DNA from: an uncultured virus (IMG/VR IMGVR_UViG_3300034065_000114)
Taxonomy: Duplodnaviria > Heunggongvirae > Uroviricota > Caudoviricetes
Length of the DNA stretch: 64,000 nt
Direction: 5' to 3' (one strand)
Virus record (IMG/VR): IMGVR_UViG_3300034065_000114
Coordinates: 1-64,000 of that record
Positions 27,726 to 37,153 of the stretch are shown in pieces (position 1 is the first letter of the stretch; each line of letters opens with the position of its first letter). Made by a program: the position numbers and the translations under genes. Under the pieces are notes generated by a model. That model was not told the DNA's origin. It did no database searches and was given only the letters and a program-made list of their open reading frames with translations.

Positions 27726-29959
27726 GCGTTGCTGACTACTACCTGCAGAAGTGCACTGACGCAATCGCAGAAGATGCGGCACTTCTTTTGGCTAAGTTGT
27801 CCAACCCCGCTAGTCTCGTTGATGTGAACGTTACCGGCGCGCTTACGGAAGCGTCCAGTTTAGGCGACCTCGCTTCGCTAGCGGGGGATTACATCTCGAA
27901 CAACGCAAGCGCACTGACGATGGCCGTGGTGGGGGCGACTAGCCTCAACAAGAACTCGCCGTTCTCAGCACTAAACGCCTTCATGAATATGCTGGCAAAC
28001 TCCGTATCTGCCTACAACGACATGATTTTGATCTATGTGAAAAAGATAGCTAAGCAGATCGTTGAGGCCTTGAACAAGAAGATCGCGATCAACCAAACAG
28101 TCCAGGGCGATATCACCGCGCTGGTCAATACGTTGATCTCAATGAACCAGGGGCCAAAGGTCTTTGACGCGTATCTTACTCAGCTGCGCGCGGCATTGAT
28201 CCTCGTGGATCAGGGTAGGCGGGACATCCAGCTGACGACCAATACACTTCAGTCGCAGAGCTTTTTCCTCACGAAGACATTTCGTAAAGGCAAGAAAGAG
28301 ATGGCGGCTGCCCAGAAGCTGATCAAGCCACTTGCCAAAAATCCGTACCTGAACCCTACGATTAAGTCAGTGGCTCTGAACCTAGGGATTCCCGACAGCA
28401 GCCAGCAGATCGGCAACATCTTGGCGCTGCCAAAGCTGTGCCACAAGATCATAAGTGACGTGTCCAACTACGGCACGGTTACCCTGCTGGCAAACGCGCA
28501 GCTGTCCTTCTATGCGTCGGCAGTTGCTATCCTTATAGATGGGTTGCCGAACATCCTTAAGCAGCAGCTCCTATCCATGCTCAACCAGACGTTGCAGCAG
28601 ATCAACTCCCTTGAAGTCAGCATGGCCAATGTGCTTAATGGCAATCCTGGCGCTGTGGCTGGCCCGGTTAACGGGTTTATTCCTGTGCCGCTCAAAGTAT
28701 CCGTAAATGCATACAAATGGATGATGGACATCAACCTCATCGTCAACGCACTCAAAGTCATTCCCGCAGACATCGTAGTGGTGCCGCCGCAGATAAATGG
28801 AACCGTACACCATGGCCAGCCCAACATTCTATATGCTGGGTCTGCTGGGCTGTTTAACAGCGTCAGCCTGGGCGACACGGTTTCGATTACTGGTGGCACT
28901 ATCGTTACGCCGGGCGACTATATCGTTATGGTGAAGGGGGCGGGAAAGCTAACTTTGGACCGAGCTGCGTATGTGCCTAAGCCTGGGGCGCCCATAATAA
29001 ATCTGCCGCTCTCCCCAAACGACGTACAGTACTCGATCATCACTGACGGGGCGCTTTCGAAGTTCCAGCTCAGTCAAGGGCCCGTCATTGTTTATGAGCA
29101 GTCAGTCGCGTTGATTGCGAGGGAAGGGAACCGTAGAAGCGGTTCCGGCCTACTTCTAGCGAAAGAAGGCCAGGAGAACTTTGCGTATTTCCAAGAGCAG
29201 CTTATTGGCCTCATGACAGAAGCAATGGTCGGCGTGGCATCTACGTCCGTACGCACTAGCGCGATCGCCGAGGGGCAGGCGCTGATAGAACACTGCAACC
29301 TGTCTATGGCTCAGGACAGGGAGATCATTGGCTACCTCACCACGTTCATCAATACGCCTATACCGCTTGAGGATACCCTTAACCAGATTGAGGCTGGCCT
29401 TGCGAAGCTATTGAAAGACCTCGGTCTGGATAAAGCATCCGATGCTTTGGCCAAGGGGGATTTCAAATCTCTGCTTGGGATGAACGGTAAGAACGCAACA
29501 TATATTGGCGCTGCCCTGGAGACCTTGGCCTTCTTAAAGCAGTGCTTCCCGGACCAAACGAGTCTTAATAAGTTCATCCAGATAGAGAATTCCATTAAAG
29601 GCGATCAGAACCTTTTAAATGTCAAGGTATCTTTCAATTTTGACCTAGCCATTTTTAAGAACCTGGCTGCCTGCACAGACTTCACGAACTTGGCCAATCT
29701 TTTCAACAGCAAAGAATTCCTTTGTGCACTCGCCGGAGGGGCTGGGCTCGCCGCGCAAGCAGCTGGCTCGGCTGTCGCTAGCACGGCCACTACGGCCGCG
29801 GGCGCCATCTCCTCAGGGGCTGGGTCGGCTTTCTCCGCACTAAGCGATATGCTGTCCTTTCCAGACTCCCCTCCGTCGGCGGTTAATGGGGTTCCGGCCG
29901 CGCCATCTAATGTGGTCCCGGACGCAGCTGCGGCATCCATCGCCGCCAAAGCGCTATAA
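27722..29959 (+). CDS. Hypothetical virion structural protein
   Basis: 745 aa, mostly helical, inside the baseplate operon. Confidence 0.6.
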   Translation: MSVADYYLQKCTDAIAEDAALLLAKLSNPASLVDVNVTGALTEASSLGDLASLAGDYISNNASALTMAVVGATSLNKNSPFSALNAFMNMLANSVSAYNDMILIYVKKIAKQIVEALNKKIAINQTVQGDITALVNTLISMNQGPKVFDAYLTQLRAALILVDQGRRDIQLTTNTLQSQSFFLTKTFRKGKKEMAAAQKLIKPLAKNPYLNPTIKSVALNLGIPDSSQQIGNILALPKLCHKIISDVSNYGTVTLLANAQLSFYASAVAILIDGLPNILKQQLLSMLNQTLQQINSLEVSMANVLNGNPGAVAGPVNGFIPVPLKVSVNAYKWMMDINLIVNALKVIPADIVVVPPQINGTVHHGQPNILYAGSAGLFNSVSLGDTVSITGGTIVTPGDYIVMVKGAGKLTLDRAAYVPKPGAPIINLPLSPNDVQYSIITDGALSKFQLSQGPVIVYEQSVALIAREGNRRSGSGLLLAKEGQENFAYFQEQLIGLMTEAMVGVASTSVRTSAIAEGQALIEHCNLSMAQDREIIGYLTTFINTPIPLEDTLNQIEAGLAKLLKDLGLDKASDALAKGDFKSLLGMNGKNATYIGAALETLAFLKQCFPDQTSLNKFIQIENSIKGDQNLLNVKVSFNFDLAIFKNLAACTDFTNLANLFNSKEFLCALAGGAGLAAQAAGSAVASTATTAAGAISSGAGSAFSALSDMLSFPDSPPSAVNGVPAAPSNVVPDAAAASIAAKAL

Positions 29960-29968
29960 GGTGGTCCA

Positions 29969-30400
29969 ATGGCAGCAGGCAGCTTAAGTGGGGACATCCA
30001 AGTAATTACCGCAGACCCGGTAACGGGCCGAATCACGTTTGGTCTTGTCCCGCGAATCCTTACTGGTATGCCAAAGCTTATTCAAATCGTAGTATTATCG
30101 TTACTAAACAGCCCGGGAAAGGATATACTTAAGCCGGCGGATGGTGGCGGTATTTTGAATCTGGTCGGCAGCAACATCTCGTCGACCGACTCCACGATGA
30201 TCCTGGCTGAGCTGAACCGGGCCGTGAAGAAGAGTCAGACCGAGATCATAAATTACCAGACAGGGTTAGGCGCGCCGGCGGAAGAGTCATTAAAGGAGCT
30301 TCAAGTGCTTAGCCTCACGGAGGGCGAAAACATCGACGAAGTCCTTTTAAGTATTAGGATTATCAACCAGGCTGGCCGCATCTCCGACGTGGTGCTCTAA
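29969..30400 (+). CDS. gp25/W-like baseplate protein
   Basis: 143 aa; KLIQ.V...LL..PG......GGG motif; directly before the J-like gene. Confidence 0.7.
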   Translation: MAAGSLSGDIQVITADPVTGRITFGLVPRILTGMPKLIQIVVLSLLNSPGKDILKPADGGGILNLVGSNISSTDSTMILAELNRAVKKSQTEIINYQTGLGAPAEESLKELQVLSLTEGENIDEVLLSIRIINQAGRISDVVL

Positions 30401-32838
30401 TGGCTACACTGCCCATCGCAGAATACCTAACCGAGCATCTTAGCGAGTTCGACCCGACGTTCGACCTTCGGCAGGGCACGGGCTTTGAGCAGCTCTTCTT
30501 CGAGCCGCTCCAGTTCTTAGTCCAGCCGCTCATCGATGAAGTCAATACGCTCATCGTTGCGCAGAGCTTCCGGCGCATTCTTCTGACCACCGATCCCGAT
30601 ACGTTTGACGCAGAATCGGTGGACTCCCTCGCTAATAACCTCTTCGTTTACCGGAACACCGGTTCTCTAAGCGGCGGCGTGGCGCGCGTTTACTACAGCA
30701 ACCCGGTCAACCGCGAGTGGCCAGTCAGCGGGGCACTTTTCGCCGGCAGTAACGGGGCGAGCTACTCCAACCCTGCACCGTTCCAGATCACCTCTGCCAG
30801 TATGAGCACGCAGATCGAGGGTGGTCAATACTACTACGACATCCCGGTAGCTGCGACGACCACCGGCAACAATGACCTCATCGCCGGCGGCCTTGTCTCT
30901 CTGAATAACGACCCCGACTACCTCTCAGTAACGAACAAGCTAGCTTTTGAAGGCGGCGAGCCGGCTGAGACGAACACCCAGCTAATTACCAGAACGCAGA
31001 ACTCCATTGCTGTTCGGGATATGGTTACGGGCAAGGGGTTCAACGCGATCTTCTTCGGCAACTTCCAAGCGTTTCTTTCAGAAGTGCAGCCGATCGGCTT
31101 CGGCGACCCTGAGATGATGCGCGACGTGGTTTATAACACGCACATTGGCGGGCGCGTCGACGGGTACGTGAAGACGTCTAGTATCACTCAAGGCTCAAAA
31201 ACCTTTGTTGGTCTGACCTTGGACACCACGCGGCAATCTTTTGCAAGTACGAACCTGGTGATGACGGGCACCAATCCGCAAAACGTGGGCAACCCAAACA
31301 TCGACGAGTCAAACAACCGCGCTCCGATTGTGCAGCAGATCAAGCTTTCGACTGGTGCTAGCTACACGAGCACTGTCACTTCCTGGCCGGTAAGCCTGGC
31401 CTCGAACTCATACCTATACCTCGGCATAGACGGGACGTTCTTCAATATCCCAGTTGCCGGTTTAAACCCCAGCGCTACCACGCTGAACGAAGTGATCAAC
31501 GCTATTAATACGGCGTTCGGCTTTACCGTTGCTAAGCCTGTTGGCGCGACGTACAAGCTCGTGTCCCCCACCATTGGCACTGGGAGCCAGATCGCCACAG
31601 GCACCCCACCTATCGGAGTTAATGCGGCCAGCACCCTTGGTCTTGGGGCTGGTGTCATCAATCAAGGCACTGGGCCGATTGTCTTCATCAAGGGCGTGGA
31701 CTACACGGTTGATGATTTAAACGGAACCATCACGCGCATACCAAAGTCCCCCTCCCTAGTTCCACTGCAGTCCACCGGGGCGACCGCGGCGAACAGCAGC
31801 ACGTTTACAGATGTGACCGCTGGCGTGTTTACTAGCGTAGTCGTGAACGACATCCTGACTATCTCGACCGGCCCTGATGCTGGTGATTACCGCGTGCTTT
31901 CCAACGGTGGGCCGTTTGTTACTGCAATCACGCTAGATGAAAAACTGACCACTACTGCTAGTAGCGTGCAATACTCCGTCTCTCAACCCGGCATCAAGAA
32001 CAATGAGACGGTGTACGTTCAGTACTACTTCAACCCGCTCTCGATCGATATCGGCGGCTTGGTCGTGTTGGACACCTATGGCGCAGTGCGTGGCATCCGC
32101 CCTGGGCGCGCGAGCTCTGTCATCACCGACACTGCGTTCTTGCGCATCAACTCCATCGAGCTGATTGACCCGCTAACTCTCGAGCCGATCGGGACTGTGC
32201 TTAATGGCCTTGGCGGCTATGGCGCCGGCCCATACGGCGGCGGTCCTTACGGTATTGGCTCAGGCGCTGATTATTACCTCGTAGTGAACGTGCCCACCGC
32301 GCGGTTCTCGGCCTTTGAGGACAGCTACATCGTCATAAGCTCGGCCTACTTGGGCTTTAGCTTTCAAGTCAATTACGACTACGTGCCGGAGATCCAAGAG
32401 CTACATGCCTTCGCGTCGTCGGATGCCGAGCGTGTCCTCGACGGCGATGTGTTGATGAAACACATGGTGCCGGCGTATGTGGCAGGGAACATAAACTACA
32501 AGTATGACCAGACGAATACCGCTATCCCCAACCAGGCCACCCTTCAAGCCCTGGTGAACGAGTTCATCTCTGGTCGCCCATCCGGCACCGATTTAGTCTT
32601 CTCAGAGATCGAGCAGTTCATCATAAGGGTTACAGACCCCTATGACCGGTTTGGTACAGAGGTGGACAACTTCCAGCTCACCGCCACTATCTTGAACGAA
32701 GACGGGTCAACTACTACGGTGAATGGGACGAACAAGCTAGTCATCCCGACCAACACGCCGCAGTTCACGACTAAGCCGCTATCCCCGCGGATTGCGCATT
32801 GGATTGGTGAGAACGTGACCTTAACGCTGTTGCCGTGA
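30400..32838 (+). CDS. Baseplate J/gp6-like wedge protein
   Basis: A...G..N and GG...ETN.QL..R motifs; GGRVDGYV. Confidence 0.78.
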   Translation: MATLPIAEYLTEHLSEFDPTFDLRQGTGFEQLFFEPLQFLVQPLIDEVNTLIVAQSFRRILLTTDPDTFDAESVDSLANNLFVYRNTGSLSGGVARVYYSNPVNREWPVSGALFAGSNGASYSNPAPFQITSASMSTQIEGGQYYYDIPVAATTTGNNDLIAGGLVSLNNDPDYLSVTNKLAFEGGEPAETNTQLITRTQNSIAVRDMVTGKGFNAIFFGNFQAFLSEVQPIGFGDPEMMRDVVYNTHIGGRVDGYVKTSSITQGSKTFVGLTLDTTRQSFASTNLVMTGTNPQNVGNPNIDESNNRAPIVQQIKLSTGASYTSTVTSWPVSLASNSYLYLGIDGTFFNIPVAGLNPSATTLNEVINAINTAFGFTVAKPVGATYKLVSPTIGTGSQIATGTPPIGVNAASTLGLGAGVINQGTGPIVFIKGVDYTVDDLNGTITRIPKSPSLVPLQSTGATAANSSTFTDVTAGVFTSVVVNDILTISTGPDAGDYRVLSNGGPFVTAITLDEKLTTTASSVQYSVSQPGIKNNETVYVQYYFNPLSIDIGGLVVLDTYGAVRGIRPGRASSVITDTAFLRINSIELIDPLTLEPIGTVLNGLGGYGAGPYGGGPYGIGSGADYYLVVNVPTARFSAFEDSYIVISSAYLGFSFQVNYDYVPEIQELHAFASSDAERVLDGDVLMKHMVPAYVAGNINYKYDQTNTAIPNQATLQALVNEFISGRPSGTDLVFSEIEQFIIRVTDPYDRFGTEVDNFQLTATILNEDGSTTTVNGTNKLVIPTNTPQFTTKPLSPRIAHWIGENVTLTLLP

Positions 32839-32848
32839 TAGGTGTAAA

Positions 32849-33682
32849 ATTCCATTCAAATCACAAGCCCAAAGACGGAAATTCTATGCCATGGCCAACC
32901 GTGGCGAGATGTCTCCAGAGACTGTAAAGACGTGGGAAGAGCACACGCCTAAGGGCAAGAAACTCCCTGAAAGGGTAGGTATGAAGAAGAAAGCTTTCTT
33001 CGAAGGATTCGACAAGCGCGCCGACCAAGTCGCTGGCGCTCAAGGTGAGCCAGGAGAGCCGCTACCGGCAGAAGGCGCAGCGCCTGGCGGTGCCGCGGGT
33101 CCGCCGCCTAACCAGCCGGAGAAGCTTTTAAAGTGGAATCCGGCGGGCGGCGTCGACCCTCGCTCTCCGGAAGAGATGGCAGCTGCTCAGGCGGTCGATT
33201 TGATAACCCTCCCTGAGGGCGTGGACGCGGCCTCTTGTATGAACTGCCAGTTCTTCCGGATGCTTGACCCGGCGTTAGGAACAGGTTTCTGCACTAACCC
33301 GAATGTCAAGCTGGACGTCACGACGAAGATGCACTGCTCGCAATGGAACGCACCGGATACCTACCGGGCGTGGGAAGCACTCGACCCCTCGGCCGTGCCG
33401 GATGCGGGCATCATGGGTGAAGCGGGTTCGCTGCAAGACGGCACGATGCCGATGGAGCCGGGCGCGGTCGGGCCAGATGGACAACCGCTGGCTCCGGAAG
33501 GTGGCGCGCCGCCGGAAGGCGAGCCGAAGCCCAAAGCCAAGCCGAAGGCTAAGCCCAAAGAGAAGTCTGAGGGCGGTGGCGGCACCAACGTGCACGTCCA
33601 CGTCGGCGGCGCTGGCGAGAAGAAAGAGGAGAAGGGGTCGGAGAAGAAGGCCTACGCCTTCTGGAACGGGTTTGACACTTGA
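32849..33682 (+). CDS. Pro/Gly-rich protein with a HiPIP-like four-Cys domain; probable ATT start
   Basis: Frame is open from ATT 32849 giving (M)PFKSQAQRRKFYAM; CMNCQFF...GFC...V...HCSQW. Confidence 0.65.
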   Translation: MPFKSQAQRRKFYAMANRGEMSPETVKTWEEHTPKGKKLPERVGMKKKAFFEGFDKRADQVAGAQGEPGEPLPAEGAAPGGAAGPPPNQPEKLLKWNPAGGVDPRSPEEMAAAQAVDLITLPEGVDAASCMNCQFFRMLDPALGTGFCTNPNVKLDVTTKMHCSQWNAPDTYRAWEALDPSAVPDAGIMGEAGSLQDGTMPMEPGAVGPDGQPLAPEGGAPPEGEPKPKAKPKAKPKEKSEGGGGTNVHVHVGGAGEKKEEKGSEKKAYAFWNGFDT

Positions 33683-33942
33683 GTCCTTCCTTCTGGCAAT
33701 CCTTCGAGAAGCGCGCGTCCGGATCTGGATCCGGTAATGCAGCGGGCGGAGGCTTTACCGGAACGGGTAAGGGCAACCTTGGGACTGCGGAGCGCGATCA
33801 CATCAATGGTACGATGCGCAGCCCCCAAGACACCAAGGTCGACACAGCACTGCTGGATCGCGACCGCACCTGCCGAACTGAAGATCCGTTCAGCACTGGC
33901 CCTGAGTTCCAAGACGAGACCAACCCGCATATTAGGTACTAG
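33679..33942 (+). CDS. Small protein with FWxxFEKRA motif
   Basis: TTGA overlap; shares the motif with its neighbours. Confidence 0.68.
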   Translation: MSPSFWQSFEKRASGSGSGNAAGGGFTGTGKGNLGTAERDHINGTMRSPQDTKVDTALLDRDRTCRTEDPFSTGPEFQDETNPHIRY

Positions 33943-33943
33943 C

Positions 33944-34873
33944 GTGGCACAGGAAGCGTCATCGCCGGGCAAGAAGCGCTTCCACAAGCGCGTCGACGCT
34001 GCGCTTGCCAAGGGACATTCATTACTGATCCATTACAAGAAGCTGAACGGTCGCACAGTTAAGCGTAAGATAGAGCCTCGGTCGTGGCGCGGCCACACCT
34101 TAGTCGCATACGATCACAAGAGAAAGGCCGTCCGGTCTTTTAGAATGGAAAGGGTGAAGCACATGGAGAAGGCCGCGGGTATGAATTATTACCGCCTCCC
34201 CAAGGGTCATCCCCACTACCACTTAACGACGCAGTCTGGCCCTAACGCCGGAGCAATAGCCTCCGTTCACCCCGTCAAGCAATGGGAGCAACATAAAGTG
34301 GACGAATCTTCTATGACCAGGACAGGGGGACCCTCTTTAAACAAAGAGGCGGCCGATGAACCCAAACACGACCCCGCCACCTTCAGCCATTGGGCTAGCG
34401 GACTTGGCAAGAGATTTGCCACGATAGACAATTCGCTCGAGAAGGAGCTGATTGAGAAGAAGGCGTTTTGGGTTGGGTTCTCCAAACAAGCCTCTGATAA
34501 GCACAAGACGCGCTCAAAATATATAACTGCGGGATCTGCACTAGGTGGCGCTGGCGCAGGTGCCCTAACCGGGGCCGAAGAGGGTTTTAGCCCTAAACAT
34601 ACGGCGTTGCTAGCCGCAGGGGGAGGGGTCCTTGGCGGCTTAGCCGGATATCTTGGTGCTAAGCGCAGCGAGAAGCACGCCTCTGCCTTCGCCCACGCCG
34701 CCGAGCTCGGCGGCCTCGGTGTCCTCGCCGCACCGGCAATCCAGCACCTCCGCGGCAAAGAAATGAGCGAAGGGGCTAAGGCCAAGACCGAAGTTGCTGG
34801 CCTCGGCATCCTAGCGGCGCCCAGTCTCCATGCCGCGGGCAAGGGCTTGCTTGCCAAGGCGATGAAGCGCTAA
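33944..34873 (+). CDS. WYL-domain protein with C-terminal glycine-zipper hydrophobic helices
   Basis: LLIHYKKLNG....RKIEP......LVAYDHKRKAVRSFRMERV; likely GTG start at 33944. Confidence 0.78.
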   Translation: MAQEASSPGKKRFHKRVDAALAKGHSLLIHYKKLNGRTVKRKIEPRSWRGHTLVAYDHKRKAVRSFRMERVKHMEKAAGMNYYRLPKGHPHYHLTTQSGPNAGAIASVHPVKQWEQHKVDESSMTRTGGPSLNKEAADEPKHDPATFSHWASGLGKRFATIDNSLEKELIEKKAFWVGFSKQASDKHKTRSKYITAGSALGGAGAGALTGAEEGFSPKHTALLAAGGGVLGGLAGYLGAKRSEKHASAFAHAAELGGLGVLAAPAIQHLRGKEMSEGAKAKTEVAGLGILAAPSLHAAGKGLLAKAMKR

Positions 34874-36447
34874 TGCCGTCTAGCCAATACCTCGACTTTA
34901 TCGGCTCAGTCTGGGAGAACCTCCCGGACGTTGATAAAGCACGTCTTGGCGAGCTCTGGTTCGGCTATGAGCGCGTGTTCGCGTCGGTCTACCAGACGTT
35001 CATGGAGGCCCGGCTCAACATCGCCCAGCAGACGATGCTGCCGTATTCGACACAGCGCTGGCTGCCATACACGTTCGACAGCGCAACCTTCGTCAGCCAG
35101 CCCGCGGTGGTCACGTCGAATCAAGACCTATCCCTAGGGATCAACCTCGCTGTGCGCTCCTCGCTCTACATCAAGCTCAATGGCGGTGCGCCCGTCCTTG
35201 TAAATATACAAGGCCTGAACCCCGGCAGCACCAAGGTCACCGAGATCATAGCCAAGATCAACGCGGCTTTTAACTTCAAGTTCGCGGCCGGCCTTTTCAG
35301 CAATTCGATCTTGCAGCTCACGTCGAACATCTCTGGACTGTCCTCAAGCATAGAGATCCTCCCGACGCCGAACCCTATGCAGGACGCGTCAGAGTTTGTG
35401 CTTGGCGTCATGAGCCCGGCGCTATACCCGAAGTTCCCCTACATCTATTCGCTGCCCTACGGCAAAGCCGCGTCCATACCCACGATTCAGGACAAGGTCC
35501 GTGATGAGTCGGTTACTGTCTTTTTGCAAGAGACAACAGACTACGAGCTCCTGGGCAATAATCTTATTGCCTTCGCAGCCGAGCCCCCGGCGGCTATGTG
35601 GGCGCGGCGCTCTCTTTTTGACCAAGAGAACCCGTGGAATAACTTTGGTTTTCTGATGGGCATTTACGAGACGAACTCGCCTCGTTATGTCGATGTTTTG
35701 CAGGGGTTGTGGTACGCATTCTGGACTGGGCCCACACCAAACAATGTGAGGAACTCCCTCTATCTGCTGTTTGGTTTACCAACCGCACAGCAGAATGGGG
35801 TTGTGAGCGGCCTTACCGCGACGACGATCACGCTGACTAACGCAGACAACACCGTGTCTACGTTCTCCATTCCGGGTAACCTCGACGCAATGGTAGTTCT
35901 AGGCCAAGAGGTGAAGAAGTTTGACCCACTTGTAACCGGCATACAGGTTTTCGATAAAGTCAATTCCCCTGGGTTCATAACGGAACAGATCGGGCGTGCC
36001 GGTATACAGCGGTTCCTCTTGCCTGAGGCGACGCGCGGGCCAGGCGATACCGACGAGACCAAGGCTATGCGGATGCTCGAGGAGCACTGCTTCCTGCCGC
36101 AGATCTCAGTTAATGCTTTTATCAATCAAGATATTAACTTAGGGAATGTGACGACGTTCCTGAACGCTATCAAGCCGCTCAGCAAAACCTATCTGTTCCA
36201 GATCGTTGTCGGGAACTTCCTCGACCCGCTGGGCCTTGACGACATGGCTGATCCTTCCGTGGACATGGACATCACAGAGAACGTAGACTCCAACGAGACA
36301 ACGCTCCAGCCATCCACCGTGCTGCTGCCCTATGAGACCAACCCGAACGTCGGGCTCAATCTGGACCAGAACGGTGTATTATTGGAGGAGTCCTTGGAAA
36401 TCGACGTTTACAGCTTCGGCGTTTTGGTCGACTCTTTTACCGCCTGA
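34873..36447 (+). CDS. Putative baseplate wedge protein
   Basis: 524 aa; LWYAFW.GPT..N....L....GLP and FL..IKP motifs; gene order. Confidence 0.6.
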   Translation: MPSSQYLDFIGSVWENLPDVDKARLGELWFGYERVFASVYQTFMEARLNIAQQTMLPYSTQRWLPYTFDSATFVSQPAVVTSNQDLSLGINLAVRSSLYIKLNGGAPVLVNIQGLNPGSTKVTEIIAKINAAFNFKFAAGLFSNSILQLTSNISGLSSSIEILPTPNPMQDASEFVLGVMSPALYPKFPYIYSLPYGKAASIPTIQDKVRDESVTVFLQETTDYELLGNNLIAFAAEPPAAMWARRSLFDQENPWNNFGFLMGIYETNSPRYVDVLQGLWYAFWTGPTPNNVRNSLYLLFGLPTAQQNGVVSGLTATTITLTNADNTVSTFSIPGNLDAMVVLGQEVKKFDPLVTGIQVFDKVNSPGFITEQIGRAGIQRFLLPEATRGPGDTDETKAMRMLEEHCFLPQISVNAFINQDINLGNVTTFLNAIKPLSKTYLFQIVVGNFLDPLGLDDMADPSVDMDITENVDSNETTLQPSTVLLPYETNPNVGLNLDQNGVLLEESLEIDVYSFGVLVDSFTA

Positions 36448-36465
36448 TGTTACTCTGGAATCCTA

Positions 36466-37146
36466 TTGGAGAAACGGATGAAACGTGCTGCCCGGGAGTT
36501 AAAGGATAAGCTTAGCCCCAAGGGCCGCGTCGAGATCTTCATCTCGAGAGGGATGCCCGCGCTTAAGCTAGGCTTCCCGGTTGGAGATCCGTGCAATAAG
36601 GTCTTCGAGTCCTGTGCGATTGACTTCTCTGGCGTGATGATGGTCCGCAGGCCGGAGATTTTAAACATCATCGTCAACCAGGGCAAGGATCAGGTCATCA
36701 CCAACCTGACTCCTACCGGCGTAGTCTACCCGATCGTACGCATGTCGATCGGAGATCGCGGCACGATACCGTCTGACCAAACGGTGCCTAAGGTGCCAGT
36801 AGCCACGGCCACCACGCTATATGATGAAGTGTACCGGGATGACATCGACGCGACGGTTCTAAACGTCGGTACCCCGACAGTGCACCAAGTTCAGTTCGTC
36901 AAGGCATTTAGCTCTCTCGTCATTCCCCTCACATCCTTCTCAAACCAGGCCAATCCGATCGTTAATGAGGTGGGCCTGATCACCGCTAACCTCAACATCA
37001 CCCCACTGCCGCGCGCGCCTGTTGCTGCGCCGGCAACGCCGCCATCCGACGAGAAGCTCTTTGCCACGAGAACGTTTAACTCCGTCCCATTCCTGGCTGC
37101 GAACCAGATCGCAGTGACCGTCCGTTACACCATTTTCATCGAGTGA
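36466..37146 (+). CDS. Baseplate/tail-fibre attachment protein
   Basis: NIIVN.G, IGD.G, L.DEVYR, NEVGL and LFATRTF pattern. Confidence 0.62.
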   Translation: MEKRMKRAARELKDKLSPKGRVEIFISRGMPALKLGFPVGDPCNKVFESCAIDFSGVMMVRRPEILNIIVNQGKDQVITNLTPTGVVYPIVRMSIGDRGTIPSDQTVPKVPVATATTLYDEVYRDDIDATVLNVGTPTVHQVQFVKAFSSLVIPLTSFSNQANPIVNEVGLITANLNITPLPRAPVAAPATPPSDEKLFATRTFNSVPFLAANQIAVTVRYTIFIE

Positions 37147-37153
37147 ACGAACT

